A DNA stretch of 64,000 nt from Eledone cirrhosa (lineage: Eukaryota). The stretch is from NCBI GenBank assembly GCA_964016885.1, contig OZ024741.1:290656001-290720000 (forward strand), read 5' to 3'. Positions 43,344-56,035 of this stretch are shown here, piece after piece. Under the pieces are notes generated by a model. The model saw nothing but the letters and a program-made list of their open reading frames with translations, did no database searches and was not told where the DNA came from. Position 1 is the first letter of the stretch; each line of letters opens with the position of its first letter. The position numbers were made by a program, and so were the translations under genes.

Positions 43344-44441
43344 ACAGTATGTCTGTGTGTGTGTGTATAATTGAGGGTGAACATAATTGTGTCTTCGATC
43401 ATAGATAAGAGGTAGCAGTGATGTGAGTGTGACTAAGTTACTTAAAATGTGGAGGGTCCTTTAGAAATATTAATTGCAAATTACCTTCATAATAGAAAGA
43501 ACAAATTTATTAGATTCATTGACAATTGATGTCAAGAAAGGCAAGAGAGACAACTCAGACATTGAAAGTCCTTAAAAATTGAAAGTGAATCATGCAGGGT
43601 GGTGTGAATCTGATCTTTGGTAAGCCTAAATACATCTTTTAACCTCATTAGAATTGTGTAACAAAGCCTTGTTTAACCAGCACTTCCTGATTTACGAATG
43701 ACAGTGTGAATATTTACATTTTGAATAAAAAAGAACAAAAAGTAATAATCACTGATTAAGCAATTAAAAATAATGACATGGGAACGTTTCCCAGCAATGC
43801 TTTCAACATGAAGAATATAGTCAGCTATAGTCGTATACAAAAGAACCATATTTAAGGCTACTCAGCGTAATAAATTTCAATGTCAACGAGAGAAATAATA
43901 GCCACCACCAGCACCACCACCACCATCAACAGCAGCAGCAGCAGTAGCAGAGGCAGCAACACTACTGCTAACACCAGCATAATTGCTGTCGTCGTTGGCA
44001 TCATCATCATCGTTGTCGTTATTCTTATTCTTATATTTTTTTTTACTTTATATCTTCTGCCTGACAATAGTGATGACGTAGGCAGTCACAGGATAATTCT
44101 CAAACTATTCATTTTGTCCATCGACGTATAACACATGCTATTTCATATTTTCTTTCCCTTTATGTCTATTTAGCTATTCCTATACTCGGAAATAATCATT
44201 CAGTTTATTCTCTCATTGGTTTCGGTTATTAGACTGCGGCCATCCTGGGACTCCAACTTGAAAGTTGTTAGTATATCAAATAGATTTCAGTACATATTAA
44301 AAAAATGAATATGGTTTTTATTTTATCCATAGCGTTTTGTCGAAACTCTATGTTAAAGGATAAAGAAAGAGAGACGAATAGGCTCATGCATACATATATG
44401 TGCACGCACACACATACAAACACAAATACGCATGTATATAT

Positions 44442-44903
<462 letters not shown>

Positions 44904-45059
44904 GACTGTCCAAGTAATATGGTGGTATTTATATATTTTCTGGTGGTAGGAAAGGGTGGTGGTGCGGATAGGAGGAGGTCATTGGTTGATAGAGTTAAAG
45001 AAAGGGAATTCTTTAATAACTATATTTAAAGAAACAAAGGCAGAACAAAATTATATAGT

Positions 45060-45272
45060 GAAGGCGTGTGGCTGAATGGTTAGAGAATTGGATTCGCAAT
45101 CGTAAGGTTGTGAGTTCGATTCCTGGACCAGGCGATGCGTTATGTCCTTGAGCAAGACACTTTATTTCACGTTGCTCCTTCTACCTGGAGTTGCGACCGA
45201 TAGATAGTGTTAGCAATTGGAAAGACCAACGGAAAAATTCTTCCCTCGGTCCGATTTGACGAAAGTCGATCG
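45060..45272 (+). mobile_element. tRNA-headed SINE (family of 29295)
   Basis: A box TGGCTGAATGG, B box GAGTTCGATTCC, tgtccttgagcaagacactttatttcacg. Confidence 0.85.
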
Positions 45273-45283
45273 TTCCTAAGTTA

Positions 45284-45314
<31 letters not shown>

Positions 45315-45752
45315 TTATATACATACATATATATATATATTTATATATATATATATATATTTATATATATGTATATATATTTATTTATAATCACTTTAGC
45401 TATCTAGCTATCAGGCCAACTATGTCTATTGCCTTACCAAGCTTACGGAATGTGTGGTCGAGAGTAAACTTGTGTAGCCATTCATTGTCGACTGCACACA
45501 TTCTTGTATATATATTAGCATATATTAACATGAGAGAAGACAGAAAAGAATAGTTGACATTTGCAACCCCACCATACAAGCACATACATGAACTTACACA
45601 CACATGCCCAGATATACATACACAAAACATAGACACACACACATATACATGCACACACGTATGTAGACAAAGAAATAACCACACAGAAGCACGTATGTAG
45701 ATTTTGGTTCGATTTTATGTATGAATAAAACATCTCTCTATCTTTCTAGCAA

Positions 45753-45836
<84 letters not shown>

Positions 45837-46091
45837 GAGCGAGAGAGAGAGAGATAGTAATGTAGTAAATACGATACATTGTGAGATATATATCAAAAGA
45901 CCGATAATTTTCAAAAAGCCTGTACAATGCGGTAGAAAATACATAAGTGTATAGATGACTGTGCGTTTACGGAATTTGCTCCACAGCCAAGTGGTTTTGA
46001 ATGAAGTCCTACTGTGTGGCACCATAAAGAAGTGCATTTTCCTATCACTTTTGCTCTATCCCTCCCCTTTCTCTCTCACCCACTCCTCACT

Positions 46092-46155
<64 letters not shown>

Positions 46156-46761
46156 TCCCAATATATATATATATATGACAAAAAAAGTGATACAAAAACA
46201 ATTAGTCTAATTAATTTCACGCTTTGAGTGAAGGAGAGAAGAACGTTTGATGTATCGGACGGCAATCCTTCACCAGAAGAGAAGTTCAGAGATTAGAAAA
46301 CAAAAACTAGAAAAAGTGTGATATGTAAATGTGTGTGTTGGTTTTCAATTTTTCTCTGGATCAGCGTATATAGCAACAACACTATACAAAGCTAATTGTG
46401 AAATGCGTGTGTATATATGCTGATGTGTAATTGTGTGTGTTTCTATGTTTCTGTTTCTATATTTTTTTGTTTTTTTTTTATTAATAAGTGTGTTAAATAT
46501 TTTTTGTTTATGTGTAATGTATCTATCTGTGTTTGAGTATTTCCTTGTGGTGCAGCAATGTTGTATCCGTATCGGTTTGCGCACGGATGAGGAAAGGCAC
46601 TGGGTGCGATGGGGAAAACAGATTAGAGTAAAAAGGGTGGTGCATTTAGGGGTGGTGCAATATAATTCTGAATTTCAAATTTAGTAAACTTTTTTCTCCT
46701 CGCCAACATAGTAATTTGTGCTGGAGTTTTGCTGAGACGAAGCACACGCACAAACACACTG

Positions 46762-46852
<91 letters not shown>

Positions 46853-47098
46853 TAGATATAATATATACATAAATATATATACAAACATGCATATACATAT
46901 ACATATATACATACATATACGGTGACTAAACCGGCTCCCCCATCTGAAGATTGTGAGGAGTTTACGTGGTATCCCAACAGCACAAAAAAACAAAAGACGG
47001 AAAAAGGGTCGATGAACTCCTCAAAGTCAAAAGCTATCCACACACACTATGTGTTCAATAACCTTACCAACTCACCATTGGCCAAGGGTGATGAGTAC

Positions 47099-47149
47099 GA
47101 CCACTCTCCTGATATGACTAAAACATAACAATTGAAACCAGTTGTGGTC
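47099..47149 (+). ncRNA. Degenerate hammerhead motif
   Basis: GACCAC-tctc-CTGATATGA...GAAAC-CA-GTT-GTGGTC; 6-bp stem I. Confidence 0.45.
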
Positions 47150-47756
47150 AACAACGGAGGGATTCCTCCAGCAAGGTTGAGAAGCCCCGTTGAAACGGCA
47201 GGAGCTCAGCCGTCCGGATCCTAACCCCGTCATATATATATATATAGAGAGAGAGAGCACTCAGTCCATGGGACGAGTTTGGTAGAAGTAGTCCCGCAAC
47301 AGTTAGTTCCGCATATATATATATATAAACATGTTTCAACATTTGTTCTCGGTATGGCGAACTACCTGTTGCGGAACTACTTATATATATATATATATAT
47401 GTGTGTGTGTGGGGGGGGGGGGGAGTGTGTAAGTGTGTGTGTCTGCGTGTGTGCGTCTGCGTGAGTGTACGTGTGTATGCATGATTGTGTGTTTGTGTTC
47501 CCTGACACCCAGAAATACTTACTGACTCGTACTTTAACGATAATGGCAGTCACTGTTGGAGGTCTAAACTGAAACATTTCTATAAAACGCATTGTAACCT
47601 TTGAGAATCTCTCTCTTTCTCTCTCCCTATATATCTAATTGTCAGTCTGTCTCTTTCTTTGAACCTCACTTCATCTCTTTCTTTCCTTTTCTTACTCGTG
47701 CACTAGAATTTGGAGTACATGCAAACGATCGTATATAAATATATATGTGCCTATAT

Positions 47757-47863
<107 letters not shown>

Positions 47864-48551
47864 GAGAAGGAGGAGTTCCAGAAGGAGAGAAACAAACGAG
47901 AGAGAAAAAGACCAAAGATGATGTGAGGAAGTAAGACCGTACGTGTGTATGTGAAGAAAATATGTGCATATAAGATCATGTGTGTGGTTATGATAGTGTA
48001 TATGTATTTGTGAGCATTGTTGGTGTGTGTGTGTGCGTGAGTGTTGGTGTGTGTCTGTCCTTCTGTATCAATCTATGTACATATGTGCGTGTGCATGTGT
48101 ATATCTATATGGCGATAATAAACATAATGTAAGCATGTGTATATGAAGTAGTATTTATAGTTGTAAATTGCAATTATATACAGATTTATATATTCGTCTT
48201 ATAGCTACATATACACGGGGTGATACTGAGGAACAATAGATATATATTTACACACACACAGCCTGTGTCCCCGCGTAGACCAACAGTACCATTGGTAGGG
48301 GTCGAAACTGCCAAAGTCAATCTCAACGGCCGATGAGCTTGGAGTTCTGTCTTTCGTTTGTACATATAATTTAAAAATAATTTTTTAAGGTTTCCCCTTA
48401 AAAAATTGTTTTTCGTTTTGCCTTATTTTCGTTCGTTGTCTTATCCCCACTTTGTTAATTTTCTTAAGTTTATATATATATATATATATATATATAATAA
48501 AATACAAATATTAATAAAATAGATGTTCTTTTGATCAATTAAATTTTATTA

Positions 48552-48592
48552 TACATATTTCAGAGGGACAACAGTACGTCCTCATCAGACAA
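48552..48592 (-). ncRNA. Hammerhead-like motif
   Basis: Minus strand CTGATGA-GGAC-gtactgtt-GTCC-ctct-GAAA-TATG-TA; stem I weak. Confidence 0.45.
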
Positions 48593-48800
48593 AATATAAT
48601 GATACATGACATACCCTGAGATGTTAAATGGTTAAGATTTAATCGAGGTAGTGATTATTAATATTTGTATTTTAATATTAATAACTCTGGAAAATTATTT
48701 TACCGTAGAGTGCTTCCAATCTACTGTAAAACTCATTCTTTGATGTACTCATTGAATCTTGTTTAACTCTTTAATATATATATATATATAATTTGTGCCT

Positions 48801-48897
<97 letters not shown>

Positions 48898-49050
48898 AGT
48901 ATTTCCGTAGAAAAGGTAAAGGAAAGACGAGTGCTCTATGTATAGTACAGAGCTATTTAGTTATGTAATAAACAACACAATATAGACTATATAGACGATT
49001 CGTCTAACTTCGTGTAATCTTGGGTAAGGGAATAATTTTATTGTATTGTT

Positions 49051-49142
<92 letters not shown>

Positions 49143-49355
49143 ATATTTGGGGAGGGTCATATTTGCGTAATATTGCCAGAATTAATAACAGAACACACTC
49201 ACTGTTTGGTTGGTTTTCGCTTCTCGCTGTCTTTTATATATACATATCTGCGATCTAACTTACTCGGTCCTCAATGTTGCCATTGACTGACCGGCGGTCA
49301 AAAATAATACAGATACAATATAGACAAACACATATATATATAGTTTACATAATTT

Positions 49356-49396
49356 ACATAAATCTTTCGTTGCACATCTGCAACATCGTCAGTGGT
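49356..49396 (-). ncRNA. PLE minimal hammerhead ribozyme (left arm, intact core)
   Basis: CA-CTGACGA-T-GTTGCA-GATG-TGCAAC-GAAA-GATT-TA-TG; perfect 6-bp stem II, very short stems I and III. Confidence 0.65.
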
Positions 49397-49663
49397 GTTA
49401 TATTCATTGTTCCTCCTGTTGTGTTGTATGTCTACGCCATTTTTTTGTTCAGTCTGTCTATATATTTATTTATTTATTTGCTTGTTTGTTTATCTTATTT
49501 TATTTTGTCTTCTCTGCGCATGCGTTTGCGTGTGTGTATAGTGTTATGTGTGATGTGTGACTAGTGTGTATAGTGTTGTGTCTGCTGGGTGACTAGTGTG
49601 GGTTTATGTGCTTGTGTATGTATTTATTTATCTTATTTAATTTAATTTAATTTACTTATTTAT

Positions 49664-50218
49664 TTATACTTCTCTTAGGTCAGTGTTGTTTGTTTGGGTG
49701 TTGTTGTTGTTCCACTCATTCTTTCTGTTTAGCTTTGGTCTTCTAATTTCTATTTCACTGGCCTCTCTGATTTGCCTATCTGCTGGGTCATTCCTATGTT
49801 TAGATATTATTCTAATTTCTATGTTGTCTATGTTACCGTCATGTTGTTGTCTAGCATGTTCGTATAGTACTGACCCGTTTTTTCGTCCTTTTAGTTCCCC
49901 CCAGTGTTGGTCTATCCTTTCACCTATGCTACGAGCTGTCTCACCTATGTATGTTGTTGTCGTGTTTCTGCAAGTACCCTCTGTACATCTTATGCTATAG
50001 ACTACGTTTCTAGTTTTACAGTTTATCCGGGGGTTCACCTTACATATGATACATTTCCTATTGGTACAGTGGGTTTTCTTAAAAGGGTAGGTTTTGCTGA
50101 TCAGGGATTTTATGGTGGTTCCTGGCTTTTCTACCACCTTTATTTTTAAGTGGGTCTTTCTCAGGGCCTTTCTACACTGGTTAGCTAATTTCCCTCCAGG
50201 GGTGGCGTCCACAAACAT
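49664..50218 (-). CDS. Penelope-like GIY-YIG endonuclease domain (Neptune/Nematis-type C-terminal EN), RT missing
   Basis: CX4CXXC linker knuckle, VVY...YIGET.R...R...H, C-X4-C and H-X4-H (CCHH), R.I.EA..I, LN.K.EW. Confidence 0.9.
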   Translation of the reverse strand: MFVDATPGGKLANQCRKALRKTHLKIKVVEKPGTTIKSLISKTYPFKKTHCTNRKCIICKVNPRINCKTRNVVYSIRCTEGTCRNTTTTYIGETARSIGERIDQHWGELKGRKNGSVLYEHARQQHDGNIDNIEIRIISKHRNDPADRQIREASEIEIRRPKLNRKNEWNNNNTQTNNTDLREV

Positions 50219-50250
50219 GACACTCTGATAACCAGAGTTATCAGAGTGTC

Positions 50251-50805
50251 ATGTTTGTGGACGCCACCCCTGGAGGGAAATTAGCTAACCAGTGTAGAAA
50301 GGCCCTGAGAAAGACCCACTTAAAAATAAAGGTGGTAGAAAAGCCAGGAACCACCATAAAATCCCTGATCAGCAAAACCTACCCTTTTAAGAAAACCCAC
50401 TGTACCAATAGGAAATGTATCATATGTAAGGTGAACCCCCGGATAAACTGTAAAACTAGAAACGTAGTCTATAGCATAAGATGTACAGAGGGTACTTGCA
50501 GAAACACGACAACAACATACATAGGTGAGACAGCTCGTAGCATAGGTGAAAGGATAGACCAACACTGGGGGGAACTAAAAGGACGAAAAAACGGGTCAGT
50601 ACTATACGAACATGCTAGACAACAACATGACGGTAACATAGACAACATAGAAATTAGAATAATATCTAAACATAGGAATGACCCAGCAGATAGGCAAATC
50701 AGAGAGGCCAGTGAAATAGAAATTAGAAGACCAAAGCTAAACAGAAAGAATGAGTGGAACAACAACAACACCCAAACAAACAACACTGACCTAAGAGAAG
50801 TATAA
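50251..50805 (+). CDS. Identical inverted copy of the GIY-YIG endonuclease domain
   Basis: Same 184-aa translation as 49664-50218; frame open upstream to the hairpin (YQSV-MFVD), so the ATG is probably an internal Met. Confidence 0.9.
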   Translation: MFVDATPGGKLANQCRKALRKTHLKIKVVEKPGTTIKSLISKTYPFKKTHCTNRKCIICKVNPRINCKTRNVVYSIRCTEGTCRNTTTTYIGETARSIGERIDQHWGELKGRKNGSVLYEHARQQHDGNIDNIEIRIISKHRNDPADRQIREASEIEIRRPKLNRKNEWNNNNTQTNNTDLREV

Positions 50806-51072
50806 ATAAATAAGTAAATTAAATTAAATTAAATAAGATAGATAAATACATACACAAGCACATAAACCCACACTAGTCACCCAGCAGACACAACGCTATA
50901 CACACTAGTCACACATCACACATAACACTATACACACACGCAAACGCATGCGCAGAGAAGACAAAATAAAATAAGATAAACAAACAAGCAAATAAATAAA
51001 TAAATATATAGACAGACTGAACAAAAAAATGGCGTAGACATACAACACAACAGGAGGAACAATGAATATAAC

Positions 51073-51113
51073 ACCACTGACAATGTTGCAGATGTGCAAC
51101 GAAAGATTTATGT
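51073..51113 (+). ncRNA. PLE hammerhead (right arm), core mutated
   Basis: CTGACAA instead of CTGACGA (position 51082). Confidence 0.55.
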
Positions 51114-51432
51114 AAATTATGTAAACTATATATATATGTGTTTGTCTATATTGTATCTGTATTATTTTTGACCGCCGGTCAGTCAATGGCAACATTGAGG
51201 ACCGAGTAAGTTAGATCGCAGATATAAAAGACAGCGAGAAGCGAAAACCAACCAAACAGTGAGTGTGTTCTGTTATTAATTCTGGCAATATTACAACAAT
51301 ATGACTCTCCCCAAATATAACAATATCTGTTTCGACACACGATTTCATATAAAAAACCTCGCAAAACTATATATATATATATATATATAAAACATATGGA
51401 GAATAGGATTGGCTGTGTAGTTGCTAGTTAAG

Positions 51433-51615
51433 TAGCTTAAAAAGGAGTGAGAATAAGAAGAAAGCAAGAACGGGCGAGGGGGAGTTTTCCTTATCGGTTG
51501 TCTACTGGGGTCTCGGATATTTCCACGGAAATATTCGAGACCCCAGTAGACAACTGATGAGGAACACCGCCCCCAATACGTTCTTGGTTTCTTCTTCTTC
51601 CCACACCATTTTAAG

Positions 51616-51618
<3 letters not shown>
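51433..51618. repeat. Decayed 186-bp palindrome with hammerhead remnant
   Basis: Centre TTCC-AC-GGAA (51525/6); near-perfect inner ~33 bp, degenerate but in register out to tagcttaa/ttaagcta; CTGATGAGG at 51554. Confidence 0.8.
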
Positions 51619-51668
<50 letters not shown>

Positions 51669-52234
51669 GAGAGAGAGATAGATAGATAGATATAATTTAA
51701 GCACAAAATCAGAAATTTATGTGAAAAGAGAAATTTATTAGATAAACCTGACTGGTGCTCTTTTTCTGTCGACAGCGGGATGAAAAAAGGCAAAGTTGAT
51801 TTCAGTGAGATTTGAACACTCAATATAAAGTATCAGAATAACAAGTGCAATATATTTGATCGGAGATTTGCACATTTTATTAATCCGCTACCCCGTGTAA
51901 GAATGAAATATAGAAATACATATTTGGCTTTCATCTTTGAATTGTTTTCATTGTATTGAAACGCATCTTATAAAAATGCATTCACTGCAAGTTATCCCTG
52001 TGTAGTTGGAATGCACACGTGTTGTATTATATAAAAAATGAGATCCAGGCAGTATATGAGTATTTATGCATATGCTGATATTGTAAATGTATAAGTATAC
52101 AGATATAAACAATCGAATTCACATAACTGAATACACATAACGCGTGTACATTATTTACTCATATCTATGGAACAATATGCATATTCTAATGTCGTAAATG
52201 CAAATTTCAATTCACATTTCAGCTTATGTAATGG

Positions 52235-52292
<58 letters not shown>

Positions 52293-52384
52293 TGTGTGTG
52301 TGTGTGTGGATATAGACATGGCCGAGTGGTTAAAACGTCTCACAATCGTGGGGATTCCGGTTCGAATCCATTATATGTATTGTT

Positions 52385-52557
52385 GCGGTGGATCGGCAGT
52401 ATCGGTAGAGGGTCGGACGCCATGCTTTGAAGCATACAGTTACCTCCCTTTATGATCTGAGTTAATTTTGCCTTTCATCCTTACGGGGTCGATAAAATAA
52501 AGTACCAGTAATGCTCTGGGATAATTGCTGGCCTTGTGCCAAAAGTAGAAACAATTA
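52385..52557 (+). mobile_element. tRNA/Deu-type SINE inserted just after another tRNA-like SINE head
   Basis: TSD attatatgtattgttg; upstream TGGCCGAGTGG...GGTTCGAATCC at ~52319-52369. Confidence 0.85.
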
Positions 52558-52656
52558 TATGTATTGTTGATTTTTATTTCAGTCATAGGTGAACTCAACA
52601 CTTGTGTGTAAAATTGTGCAGACAGAAACCATTTAGAAACTAGTTATGTAAGCATA

Positions 52657-52745
<89 letters not shown>

Positions 52746-52746
52746 C

Positions 52747-52784
52747 GTGTCTCGAGCTGTCTGCCGCCGAAACAATTGTAACAC
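52747..52784 (+). ncRNA. Hammerhead remnant next to (TA)n
   Basis: GTGT-ctcga...-GAAAC-AATT-GTA-ACAC; stems I and III intact, CTGANGA box degenerate. Confidence 0.45.
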
Positions 52785-52917
52785 ACAATAAATTGAGTTC
52801 AGATACATCAGTGATTTTTCGTTTTATATTATATCACACTCTGCTCTGTAAGAACATAGAGTTCTCAACCGGCATACCGCCTATGGACGCATCATAGCTA
52901 CTAACAGACACACACAT

Positions 52918-52959
<42 letters not shown>

Positions 52960-53070
52960 TTATATTATGAGTGTGATTGTTTTCGTTTTTTAAACATGGA
53001 TAGGAATCGAAGATTTTTACAAACAGACACACACATACAAACGTACAGATATATGTAGGTATATATATAT

Positions 53071-53181
<111 letters not shown>

Positions 53182-53540
53182 TGTGTGTGTATGTGTATGT
53201 GTGTGTGTATGTGTGTCCAGCTATATTGGAGCCAAAATTTTAATTCTACTTTCAAGCTGCACGAGCTTGCACAGCCCCATATGCAAATGAAGCTAATCAG
53301 CCCATCTACATAGGCGCAAAAAAATATATCTTCGCCAGTTTCAAGTTCCAGCAGAGATCAGAAATGTACATTGATAGTTGTCCCCCGCTACTTCTGCTGG
53401 AATCCACTAGACGGTGGCTGCCGTCAACATTTCATTATTCAAAGCTAGAAGTCTTTTCAAATGATTATTTATTAAACATACCGTATATCATTAGATATAC
53501 GAAATTCACGTACTCGTATATGTATATATATATATATATA

Positions 53541-54249
53541 AATTAGAATTGGTGATCTAAAATACCGATGTATACATGAATGTATATATAGTATATTTGG
53601 CAATATACTGTATGCTTAATTAAAAACATTTTGAAGACCTTGCGCTATTATTTTAAAGTAGTGACTATGTCACTTACTTCTTTTTTAACAAACAAATTTT
53701 GTTTGTTGAATAAAGAATTAAGTAACATAGTCACTACTTATGCTAGCGTGAAAGAATGGACGTAAAACACTGATGATGATAAGTATAAGATAAGGATTTT
53801 TCAAGCTTCACATTTTATATTCTTCCGTCCAGAGTGTGTCTGTATATTTGTGTGTTTCACATTTCACAGTGATGGGGCTTATCGCAAGTGTCGACTAGTC
53901 ACTATTTTAAAATAATAGTACAAGATCTTCAAAATGTTTTTAATTAAGCATACAGTATATTGCGAAATATACTATATATACATTCATGTATATTTCAGAG
54001 CACCAATTCTAATTTTCAATTTTTGCTGGACCAGCAATCGCTCTGTATAATCAGTTCCTGATTATTACTGGAATTCTATAAGATTCCGACATCTATACTT
54101 TTCAACAGGCAAAGGCGAGTGCTAAGCTCTGATGATTACCAATATTACGAAACAGATCTGTCAGCTTATCTCCCTTTGTTTATTGAAAGAAAAGTAAGTG
54201 ACATAGTCACTACTTTAAAATAATAGCGCAAGGTCTTCAAAATGTTTTT
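53541..54249. mobile_element. Cluster of hammerhead-bearing short element copies (fold-back plus ~308-bp partial tandem)
   Basis: Minus copy 53541-53696 folding back at 53697 to 53739; plus copies with tagtcacta.tttaaaataatag at 53896 and 54204. Confidence 0.85.
54123..54168 (+). ncRNA. Minimal type-I hammerhead ribozyme
   Basis: TAAGCT-CTGATGA-ttaccaatattac-GAAAC-AGATCT-GTC-AGCTTA: perfect 6-bp stem I, palindromic stem III, predicted cleavage after C54162; stem II weak. Confidence 0.85.
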
Positions 54250-55472
54250 GCTGCTGTTGGGGTGATAGCACCCGTTGGTCGTACTGTCTCGTCCTTCTTC
54301 AGCCAATCGTGTATATCCCCTTCTGCCTCGTCTACCTAAACAATGATTGTAGCACCTCCTTGTACACAATGTCCCTTGTTCTTCCGCGTAGGGCATATGC
54401 AAAGAGAGTTGTCTTGCTTCCCACTCTTGAGTAGCCAACGTATAGTTGCTCGTGTGAAAAACATGACTCTTCCAAAAGAAGACCAGCAACAGCTAGGGTC
54501 TGCCCCTGGGATTTGTTGATAGACATTGCAAAGCTGACACGGGTCGGCGAATGGTTCGTTGGTTGTCTGTTTCAAATGCTCTTCTGGTGGCAGTACGTTC
54601 AGCATCTTGCGACCGTCGAATAGCAGATTCCACTGACGATTCGTTTGCCCGCCTTGTTCTTTTTCTTGCTGCTTTCGCAGTATCTCGCCCAATGGAGTAT
54701 CTCTTCCTTCGAGGCATGACCTAAAAGCAGGACGAAGTACACTAAGACTAACTGATAGAGTAAGGAGTAAACTCGTCAGTGATGCATGTGATTTCCGAAC
54801 CGTCGACTATGTAATTGCTGGCCTTGTGCCAAAAGTAGCGGGACTTTTTGGGTGGCATATCGGCAGTAACAATGACGATAAGCCGTCTGTGCTTTCGTGA
54901 AATAAATACGTTTGTTTATATTTTGTTTTTGTGTATGCAAAAATATCTGTACACGAATATGTAATTATATATATATATTAAAATAAAAGATTAAAGTTTA
55001 AGCAAATAATCCTTGCTTTCACCCTTAACGGGGTCTTCTGAAACTAAAAAAAATCAATCTGTGAACGCAGAAGTAAATATTTCGAAAAACGTTGCAACCG
55101 AAGACGATACTTTGGTTCGTGAAGACGTTCCCTGGCAATGAAAACTAGCGAAAACTAGCGAAGATAATACGTCAGCAATGAGAATATTATGTGTCATAAT
55201 GTCGTATGACAGCCAGACATACAGACAGATATTATAAAGGTGCGACGTTATAGCTATGCATCTATCTAAAAAGATAGACTAAGAAAGAAAGAGAGAGAGA
55301 GATAACCGGCGCCTAGCACCCCTTTAACAACAGAAAAATGAAAAATAAAAGCTGCAGTTAATATTTTTAGACTGCAAGTTTGAAGTCGATCGGAGTAGAA
55401 ATGTGGATTTGTATAGACTTTGCAAAAATTAGGACACACACAGACAATTTCAGTTGTATATATATGTATAGA
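54250..55472 (-). mobile_element. Internally deleted non-autonomous Helitron
   Basis: RepHel-like N-terminus MPRRKRYSIGRDT... (54717) joined to PIF1-helicase C-terminus (FA)MSINKSQGQTL...CFSHEQLYVGYSRVG...IVYKEVL (54332-54526); hairpin GGGTG-ATAG-CACCC at 54260-54273; candidate 5' A|TC end near 55472 (boundary tentative). Confidence 0.8.
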
Positions 55473-55474
55473 TA

Positions 55475-55576
<102 letters not shown>

Positions 55577-55606
55577 ATATATATATATATATATACACAC
55601 ACATAC

Positions 55607-55659
<53 letters not shown>

Positions 55660-56035
55660 ATTACTATCCGTAAATATGGTGAGTTTTATAGTATAACACT
55701 TTTTTATTTAATAAATCCTGAATTACCGCATTTTGTGTAAAGATGATTAAATTATCAATTTTCGTTTTCTCACTTCGGCCATCACCGTGTCTCATTTTTC
55801 ATTCATTTCAATCAATTAAAATTAAAACATTTCAATCAATCAAAATAATTTCTTGTATATGCTTTTAGTTATTATCAAGCACCAATTAATTAAATTACGA
55901 TGACTTGTTCTCCCTGTCAATCTATCTGTCAATCTATCTATCTCTCAATCCGACCATCTATTTACCAGCATCTATTTATGCTATGTAGATAAATTGATAG
56001 ATATATAGATGGATAAATAATTATGTAGCTTTATA

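Larger units (their letters stand above)
49135..51326. mobile_element. 5'-truncated Penelope-like retroelement in head-to-head palindrome (~1.1 kb arms)
   Basis: Arms 49135-50232 and 50237-51326, 4-nt loop CAGA; each arm has GIY-YIG ORF, 3' UTR and hammerhead. Confidence 0.95.

Noticed and set aside
49683-50786. Antisense and alternate-frame ORFs (105 aa, 81 aa) in the palindrome
   Set aside because: Shadows of the GIY-YIG ORFs
52319-52370. tRNA-like A and B boxes
   Set aside because: No complete cloverleaf; best explained as a SINE head
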